IMG/VR virus record: IMGVR_UViG_3300027797_000026
Location: 3,381-67,380 of that record
From: a virus
Taxonomy: Duplodnaviria > Caudoviricetes
Strand: one strand, 5' to 3'
Length of the DNA: 64,000 bases
A program made the position numbers and the translations under genes. Shown here piece by piece: positions 58,065-64,000 of this stretch (position 1 is the first letter of the stretch; the number at the start of each line of letters is the position of its first letter). Under the pieces are notes generated by a model that was given only the letters and a program-made list of their open reading frames with translations, searched no databases and was not told the origin of the DNA.

Positions 58065-58865
58065 ATGACAAACGATTTAAAGTGGATGCTATCTTCGGAC
58101 CAGCAATTCCCTTATCAAGATGACAAGATGATCGAGCTTTGGTTTAAAGTAATGAAGTGGTTTAAGCCAGATGTCGTTGACTACCTTGGTGATACAGATG
58201 ATCAGGCATGCTATAGTAAGTATACAGAAGGCCGTTCAGCAGAATTTATGCAGCTTCACAAAAATGATAGCAGAGATTTAATAGTCCCAATGATGCGACA
58301 TGAAGCAAAGGGCGCTAGAGATTTTTACGCAAAGACAAGAGAGATGCTTCCTAATGCACAATTATTTTCTGCTTTGGGTAACCACGACATTCGTATCTTT
58401 AACTATGTTGATGCCAAGCTTCCAGATTATATTAATGAGGTAACACCAGAAGCCTTGTGGTCCTTAGACTCACTTGGTTATGAATATATTTATTATGACG
58501 AGCTTCCTAAGCGCCGCTTTGGAGATATTCACGTGCACCATGGACTTTCTATTGCAGCAACAGGCTCAGCAAGAAAAGATATGGAAGACATGCAGATTTC
58601 ACTAATTCGTGGACACTCTCACAGAATTGCTTCGCATATGGTAACATATGAACTAAGAAATGGTGGAGAAGGCGAAACTCTTCGTGGATATGAGATTGGT
58701 CACATGTGTGATGAAAAGGGTCCAGGAATGAAGTATACTCAACACCATGATTGGCAAAAGGGATTTGCCGTTGCACATATTGTTAATGACTATCCTCATA
58801 TTCAAATGATCCATGTTTCACCAGATTACTCATGTGTCGTGGATGGAAAGTTTTTTCAAGTATGA
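58065..58865 (+). CDS. calcineurin-like metallophosphoesterase
   Basis: SDQQ, LGD..D, GNHD, HHG, GHSH motifs. Confidence 0.85.
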   Translation: MTNDLKWMLSSDQQFPYQDDKMIELWFKVMKWFKPDVVDYLGDTDDQACYSKYTEGRSAEFMQLHKNDSRDLIVPMMRHEAKGARDFYAKTREMLPNAQLFSALGNHDIRIFNYVDAKLPDYINEVTPEALWSLDSLGYEYIYYDELPKRRFGDIHVHHGLSIAATGSARKDMEDMQISLIRGHSHRIASHMVTYELRNGGEGETLRGYEIGHMCDEKGPGMKYTQHHDWQKGFAVAHIVNDYPHIQMIHVSPDYSCVVDGKFFQV

Positions 58866-59050
58866 TAAAGTGTAATAAGTGCGGAGGCAGAGTATTCATA
58901 GATAGAGTATTCTCTCAAAAAATGCATATGGAATTGTTTTGCATCATGTGCGGTAAGCGCTGGATGATGAATAAGAATACAAATAAGTTGGGGAAATGGC
59001 TAGAGACACTAGAGGAAAATCACTCAAAGAAATACGGTATTTCTTCTTAA
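58862..59050 (+). CDS. Zn-ribbon protein (CNKCGG...CIMCG)
   Basis: two CxxC pairs. Confidence 0.7.
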   Translation: MIKCNKCGGRVFIDRVFSQKMHMELFCIMCGKRWMMNKNTNKLGKWLETLEENHSKKYGISS

Positions 59051-59478
59051 ACGGAAAAATACATAAGACTCTTAGTTTATCTAGAGCTAAGGATCAGGTA
59101 ATTGCTTGGTCTTATATAGATAAAAAAAGAATGCTGTATCCATACTCAGAAGTAAATAAAAGTATGGGTAACGCATACAGTATTGTTGAAGTAGCCTCTA
59201 TGCTCAATAAGCATAGGGTTACAATACAGGATTATATTCTAGAGGAAAAAATTAAATGTCCCCAAAAGATTTATCCAATAGGCAGTGGCTCAGAAGACAA
59301 ATGGTATAAATATATGTTTAGCGACAAAGACGTACTTGACCTACACGAGTATATCCTTGAATCTGGACATTCAAAAAATGTTCCGTCTAAGGCGGAATTA
59401 ATAGCTCTTCTCAAACACAGTTTTATATTGTATACTAAGACAGACAGTGGCTTTGTACCAGTATGGAAGGCGGACTAA
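58996..59478 (+). CDS. HTH DNA-binding protein (MerR/excisionase-like)
   Basis: YSIVEVASMLNKHRVTIQDY...FSDKDV. Confidence 0.6.
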   Translation: MARDTRGKSLKEIRYFFLNGKIHKTLSLSRAKDQVIAWSYIDKKRMLYPYSEVNKSMGNAYSIVEVASMLNKHRVTIQDYILEEKIKCPQKIYPIGSGSEDKWYKYMFSDKDVLDLHEYILESGHSKNVPSKAELIALLKHSFILYTKTDSGFVPVWKAD

Positions 59479-59587
59479 TGGAAAAGGGTAGAGTAGTAAC
59501 CTGCGATATTTGTAACAAAGACATAGAGGTTCGTTGGGGTATATTCGCTAACGACACTTTAATTAGACACAAGAAGGCGGAGCACAA

Positions 59588-59791
59588 ATGACAACACGAG
59601 TAAAGGTAGATCTTTCTTTTACCAGAAACTTAGGCAACTATGAAAGCATTAAGATTAATGTTGGAGTAGAAGATGATGTCCGTGAAGGTGAGACTGTTGA
59701 TTCTGCTACAGAAAGAGTTTACGCATTTGTTGAAGGAAAGCTAATTCAAAAAACAAGTGAGGTAGAGGAAGAACTTAAGAGTGGCAAATAA
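59588..59791 (+). CDS. hypothetical protein (TRNLGNYES motif)
   Basis: ORF with GGAG RBS. Confidence 0.7.
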   Translation: MTTRVKVDLSFTRNLGNYESIKINVGVEDDVREGETVDSATERVYAFVEGKLIQKTSEVEEELKSGK

Positions 59792-60101
59792 TAGAGAGCC
59801 ATATATCCTTATGACAACATATCAGAATCTGTACAAAGATCGATATGGCAAAGCACCCACTCTAAATAAGTTTAGAGAGAAGTGGGCTATGCAAGATGTT
59901 ATTGATAGTGTAGGATTTAATAAGGCTAATGACCTTCTGTATTATTATTTTAGTTTAGAAAAAGCTGGACACCCTTTGCAATTTTTCTATTATAACTTTG
60001 ACAAAATGGAAAATGCTAGAGTAGAGTTAAAAAAAGATATTGAGACACGCCGACTACTGCGAGAGTCTACTAAGAAGATGGTGGAAGAAGGCGGGCTATG
60101 A
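59781..60101 (+). CDS. hypothetical protein upstream of helicase (possible loader)
   Basis: position, coupled to dnaB. Confidence 0.55.
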   Translation: MANNREPYILMTTYQNLYKDRYGKAPTLNKFREKWAMQDVIDSVGFNKANDLLYYYFSLEKAGHPLQFFYYNFDKMENARVELKKDIETRRLLRESTKKMVEEGGL

Positions 60102-61345
60102 ATACAGAAGCAACATTAATCTCTGCTATATGTAAGAACAAAGATATTAGCACTGTAATGGCAGAGAATGTAGATGAGCTATTTACATCCCATGGAGATG
60201 TTTGGGAAGGCCTAAAGTCATACTATAATAAGTTTAAGGCTATACCAGAAATTGGTATCCTTCAAGAGAAGTTTAAAGACTTTGAGCCAGACCTAAATGC
60301 AACTGCAGAGACAGCATACTATTTAGATAATTTAAAGAATGAGTTTTTATCAAGTAGACTTAAGAGCATTTTAATTCGTGGCGGATCCATGCTTAAAGAA
60401 GACGTTGCATCAAGAGTAATTGGAGAACTCCAGTCCCAGCTATCTAGTTTAAATAAATATACTAATAACGTACGAGACCTAGATATAACAGATGCAGATA
60501 ATGCGATTAAGCATTTAGAGGCTCTGAAGGCCCGTACAGCCGAGATGGGTGGCTCCCCAGGTATTAAGACTGGTTTCCAGTCGATTGACTTAGCATACCC
60601 TACTGGAATGGCTCCTGGACACCTTATAGTGGCGATTGGCTGGCCAGGGAAAGGAAAGACATGGTTTACATCCTATCTTGCCTGCAAGGCGTGGGAGCAG
60701 GGATTTAAACCTATGATTGTTTCTCTTGAAATGACACCAGAAAATATGCGTGACAGAATTTATACAATGCTTGGCTCAGGTTTATTTAAGGCTAGCGATT
60801 TTGCAAGGGGCGATATTAATATTGACGATTTCAGAAGTTGGTCTGGAAAGAAATTTGCGGACAAGAATAAGTTTATCCTAGTATCAAATGAGGGCTCTGG
60901 AAACGTAACCCCAAATGCTATTCAAGCTAAGATCGATCAGCACAAGCCAGATATTGTTATCCTTGACTATCATCAATTGTTTACAGACAACAATAATTCC
61001 AAGGCTCCAACAGAACGTAATATGAATATCTCTCGTGAGTTTAAAAACCTAGCGGTGAGAAACAATATTCCAATTATTGATATCACTGCTGCAACAGCAG
61101 ATGATATTACTGACCAAGATAATCCTCCAATGATGAGTCAGGTTGCTTGGTCAAAAGCAATTGAATATGATGCAGACATGGCTATGGCTATTCATAAGTA
61201 TAAGGGCACAGACATGATTGAGATTGTTTCTAGAAAAAATAGACACGGTCATGACTTTGGCGTATTCTTAGATTGGGATATCAACAGGGGTATCGTCAAA
61301 GAGATTTACGAAAACCCGTTTGCTGATGACACACAAAAGAATTAA
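60098..61345 (+). CDS. dnaB: DnaB-like replicative helicase
   Basis: GWPGKGKT Walker A, SLEM, ILDYHQL, KNRHG. Confidence 0.92.
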   Translation: MNTEATLISAICKNKDISTVMAENVDELFTSHGDVWEGLKSYYNKFKAIPEIGILQEKFKDFEPDLNATAETAYYLDNLKNEFLSSRLKSILIRGGSMLKEDVASRVIGELQSQLSSLNKYTNNVRDLDITDADNAIKHLEALKARTAEMGGSPGIKTGFQSIDLAYPTGMAPGHLIVAIGWPGKGKTWFTSYLACKAWEQGFKPMIVSLEMTPENMRDRIYTMLGSGLFKASDFARGDINIDDFRSWSGKKFADKNKFILVSNEGSGNVTPNAIQAKIDQHKPDIVILDYHQLFTDNNNSKAPTERNMNISREFKNLAVRNNIPIIDITAATADDITDQDNPPMMSQVAWSKAIEYDADMAMAIHKYKGTDMIEIVSRKNRHGHDFGVFLDWDINRGIVKEIYENPFADDTQKN

Positions 61346-61628
61346 AAGATTTCAAATTGATGTACAGTTTCATGATAACGCACAGCTCATAAGCTTAAGA
61401 CCTCAGTATGAAAACTTGCTGGTGCAAGACATGCGTGGCAAAGGTTATGTAAGAGTATTAGATATTGATCCAGCTTTCTCAATAGAGTTTACTGGAGAAA
61501 CGTGGAAGTTCTTAATGACTCTCCACGGTGTATATATAGGAAAGAAGAAGGCATGGCAATTCGAGGGTACAACTCAAAACAGATTGATACCAAGGAATAC
61601 GCCCCAAGCCACGTTAAGTCAGTCCTAA
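61326..61628 (+). CDS. hypothetical protein
   Basis: ORF between helicase and primase. Confidence 0.65.
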   Translation: MTHKRIKRFQIDVQFHDNAQLISLRPQYENLLVQDMRGKGYVRVLDIDPAFSIEFTGETWKFLMTLHGVYIGKKKAWQFEGTTQNRLIPRNTPQATLSQS

Positions 61629-62548
61629 AAGAAATTGGATTGAATATTGTTGGTGAGACAGGCAATGACTTCCTATGCTACTGCCCATTTCATTCTAATA
61701 GACATACATCTAGCTTTAGCGTAAGCCAAACATCTGGAGCATTTATTTGCTTTAATCCTGCATGTGGAGAAACTGGAACACTAATAGATTTAATTAAACG
61801 TACTATGCACAAAAATGATTTTCAGTCTTTGCGATTAATTGCAGCAAAAGAAACAGAAGCACTAAACAACTTTGATGAAATTATGGAAGACGTACTTTCG
61901 GAGAAGCCAGTGTTTGAAGAATTTTCAAGCGATGTTCTTACAAGCCTGCATAATGGATTAGGACAAAGCACTAAAGCTAAACAGTATTTAAACTCTCGTG
62001 GAATTAACTTAGCGTCTATGTCTCATTTTTCTATGGGGTACTCAGAGAATATGAATATGGTAACCACTCCAGTTCATAGCCCAGATGGAATTGCAATTGG
62101 AATAGTCGGAAGATCTATTGAGGGTAAAACTTTTAAGAACAGTACCAGCCTACCAAAAAGCAAAACGCTATTTAATATACATAGGGCAAAAAAGATTGGT
62201 GACCAAGTAATCGTATGCGAGTCTAACTTTGACGCAATAAGAATTCATCAGGCAGGCTTTCCAAATGTTGTTGCAACACTAGGTGGATTTCTATCTAATG
62301 AGCAACAGTCTTTATTAAATAGACACTTTAATAAGATAATCATAATGACAGATGCTGATGAAGCTGGAAGGGAATTAGGTAAGTCTATTTCCAGCAAGCT
62401 AAGGAACAAAGATATTTCTTGGGCCTCTTGTGGATATCGTGAGATATACCCCAACAAGGCAAAAGATGCTGGTGATTTAACAGAAGAAGAAATAAAAATA
62501 TGTATAAAAAACTCAATATCAGATATTGAATATCGCTCATGGATATGA
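61553..62548 (+). CDS. dnaG: DNA primase (CHC2 zinc finger + Toprim)
   Basis: CPFH...CFNPAC; ESNFDA; DADEAG; KDAGD. Confidence 0.9.
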   Translation: MAIRGYNSKQIDTKEYAPSHVKSVLKEIGLNIVGETGNDFLCYCPFHSNRHTSSFSVSQTSGAFICFNPACGETGTLIDLIKRTMHKNDFQSLRLIAAKETEALNNFDEIMEDVLSEKPVFEEFSSDVLTSLHNGLGQSTKAKQYLNSRGINLASMSHFSMGYSENMNMVTTPVHSPDGIAIGIVGRSIEGKTFKNSTSLPKSKTLFNIHRAKKIGDQVIVCESNFDAIRIHQAGFPNVVATLGGFLSNEQQSLLNRHFNKIIIMTDADEAGRELGKSISSKLRNKDISWASCGYREIYPNKAKDAGDLTEEEIKICIKNSISDIEYRSWI

Positions 62549-62602
62549 TATACTAAACAAACAGATGGATTTACACCATCAACTATACAATAAGGAGATA
62601 CA

Positions 62603-63280
62603 ATGGGTATCGTTAAAGGTCTAAAAGGATTAAATCAAGTTATGGATAAGCCTTCGTATGTCGAAGGTGATGGAACAAAGGCACGTTGGGCAAAGCTGGA
62701 AGATGCAGAAAGCGTAAAGGTTCGCTTCTTGCAAGAACTAGATCCAGATTCACCAATGTACAACGAAAAAAATGGTTTGGGTTTTATTGCTGTAGAGCAT
62801 ACTAACCCTAAAGACTACAAGCGCAAGGCATTATGCTCAATGGAAGATCAAGGCAAGTGCTACGGTTGCGAGCAACACCGCAAGGATTATAAGGCGGGAT
62901 GGAAAGGTCGTTCACGACTTTACATGAATGTATTAATTGATGATGGCAAAGAAGAGCCATATGTAGCAATTCTTTCTCAAGGTTCAAGTGGTAAAACAAT
63001 TACGCCAACTCTTATTGAGTACGCTGGCGAAATGGGTTCTATCAGCAATCTAATGTGGCGTATCAAGCGCTCAGGAGTAAAGACAGATACAAGTTACACA
63101 ATCATTCCTTTAGCTAAGGATGAAGCCCCATTTGATTCATCAGCACTTGAGCTGTATGACTTAGAGACAACAGCCATTCGTGACTTGCCATACACAGAGC
63201 AAGAAGCATTTTTTAATGGCGAAGGCGGAAGCCAAGAAGCATCTGCACCTTCAGACTCAGACAGCAACCTAGTCTGGTAA
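62603..63280 (+). CDS. single-stranded DNA-binding protein (gp32-like)
   Basis: VRFL, H...C...C..C zinc motif, IKRSG..TDTSY, acidic tail ending in W. Confidence 0.75.
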   Translation: MGIVKGLKGLNQVMDKPSYVEGDGTKARWAKLEDAESVKVRFLQELDPDSPMYNEKNGLGFIAVEHTNPKDYKRKALCSMEDQGKCYGCEQHRKDYKAGWKGRSRLYMNVLIDDGKEEPYVAILSQGSSGKTITPTLIEYAGEMGSISNLMWRIKRSGVKTDTSYTIIPLAKDEAPFDSSALELYDLETTAIRDLPYTEQEAFFNGEGGSQEASAPSDSDSNLVW

Positions 63281-63291
63281 CTACTTATAGT

Positions 63292-63317
63292 CAGGGGCAG
63301 TCTATTGACTGCCCCTG
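63292..63317 (+). terminator. hairpin terminator
   Basis: CAGGGGCAGTC-TATT-GACTGCCCCTG. Confidence 0.7.
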
Positions 63318-63339
63318 CATTATTTAGTAGAATAGCAAT

Positions 63340-63546
63340 ATGATTTCTTACGAAATACCAGACCCGTTTGAAACTTTTGTATATAATAAGTACAAAAATT
63401 TTGCAGGAGCATTGTATGATTTCTTTACTAAAGAATGGCATATGAAATGTGGTTGCTGCAAAGAAGATATATACGCACCAAATAAAAAAACATTGACAAA
63501 GATAAGACTTTATCATACTAGAAATGAATGCATGGGCGGATACTAA
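63340..63546 (+). CDS. small Cys/His protein
   Basis: leaderless after TAGAAT; coupled to dnaE. Confidence 0.6.
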   Translation: MISYEIPDPFETFVYNKYKNFAGALYDFFTKEWHMKCGCCKEDIYAPNKKTLTKIRLYHTRNECMGGY

Positions 63547-64000
63547 TGAGTTTTACACACCTACATGTTCACTCCTATTATTCATTAATGGATGGACTTA
63601 ATTCGCCTAAAGAGTTATGCCAAGCTGCCTTAGATGCTGGTCAAACGGCAATTGCAATTACAGATCATGGAACTCTTTCTTCACATAGAGATATGCAAAT
63701 TGCAGCAAAAGAAGTTGGTATAAAGCCAATCCTTGGTGTAGAGGCTTACATTTCTCCAACAGATAGGTTTGATAGATCTTCTAAAACAGATAAATCTATT
63801 CAAGCATACAATCATATTATTTTATTAGCTAAGAATAAAAAAGGACTGGAAAACATTAATGCTCTTCAGGAGCTTGCATGGAATGAAGGATTTTATCACA
63901 AACCAAGAATTGACAGAGAGGTTTTAAATGATTATAGCGAAGGTATTATCGTTCTCAGCGGATGTCTTAATGGACTCATTAGTAAGGCTATCGATAAAGG
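63546..64000 (+). CDS. dnaE: DNA polymerase III alpha subunit, N-terminal PHP domain (partial)
   Basis: hand translation MSFTHLHVHSYYSLMDG...AITDHG...KPILGVEAY...KPRID. Confidence 0.92.
   Translation, partial: MSFTHLHVHSYYSLMDGLNSPKELCQAALDAGQTAIAITDHGTLSSHRDMQIAAKEVGIKPILGVEAYISPTDRFDRSSKTDKSIQAYNHIILLAKNKKGLENINALQELAWNEGFYHKPRIDREVLNDYSEGIIVLSGCLNGLISKAIDK

Noticed and set aside
8858-63516. Numerous antisense ORFs in the ORF track overlapping long plus-strand genes
   Set aside because: Explained by codon bias of the sense genes; no independent signals
1-64000. Stop-codon reassignment or introns/inteins in core genes
   Set aside because: Core genes are intact and of expected length in the standard code, with TAA, TAG and TGA all used as stops; no Hint or homing endonuclease motifs noticed

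Overview
This 64-kb window is part of an AT-rich tailed (siphovirus-like) dsDNA phage genome, most likely infecting Actinobacteria. That host call is inferred from extended -10 and leaderless promoters, CRP/GlxR-type boxes, a parS-like site, class II NrdJ and DnaE. Layout: (1) 1-3.9 kb, minus-strand early-type region of tiny ORFs driven by seven copies of a conserved TGTC(A/C)(G/C)-N10-TAnnnT promoter, five of them with helically phased TGTGA-N6-TCACA boxes. (2) 4-8.5 kb, accessory island with sulfotransferase-like and SGNH-like genes, a rare tRNA-Ile(UAU), a parS-like site, a 2OG-Fe(II) oxygenase, a candidate sRNA and a secreted lysozyme-like protein. (3) Candidate origin, nrdJ and an EF-hand holin. 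(4) 11-31 kb, fibre/decoration block in which two Pro/Phe-repeat-tailed proteins and a collagen-like fibre lie next to five prolyl-hydroxylase-like oxygenases and a DUF6065-like gene. This is the best candidate for an undescribed system (virion protein modification). (5) Portal, protease/scaffold, capsid, neck, tail, a 3001-aa tape measure with effector-like inserts, and tail tip. (6) Replication module: phosphoesterase, DnaB, primase, SSB, partial DnaE. All family assignments come from motif recognition by eye; no database searches were run.
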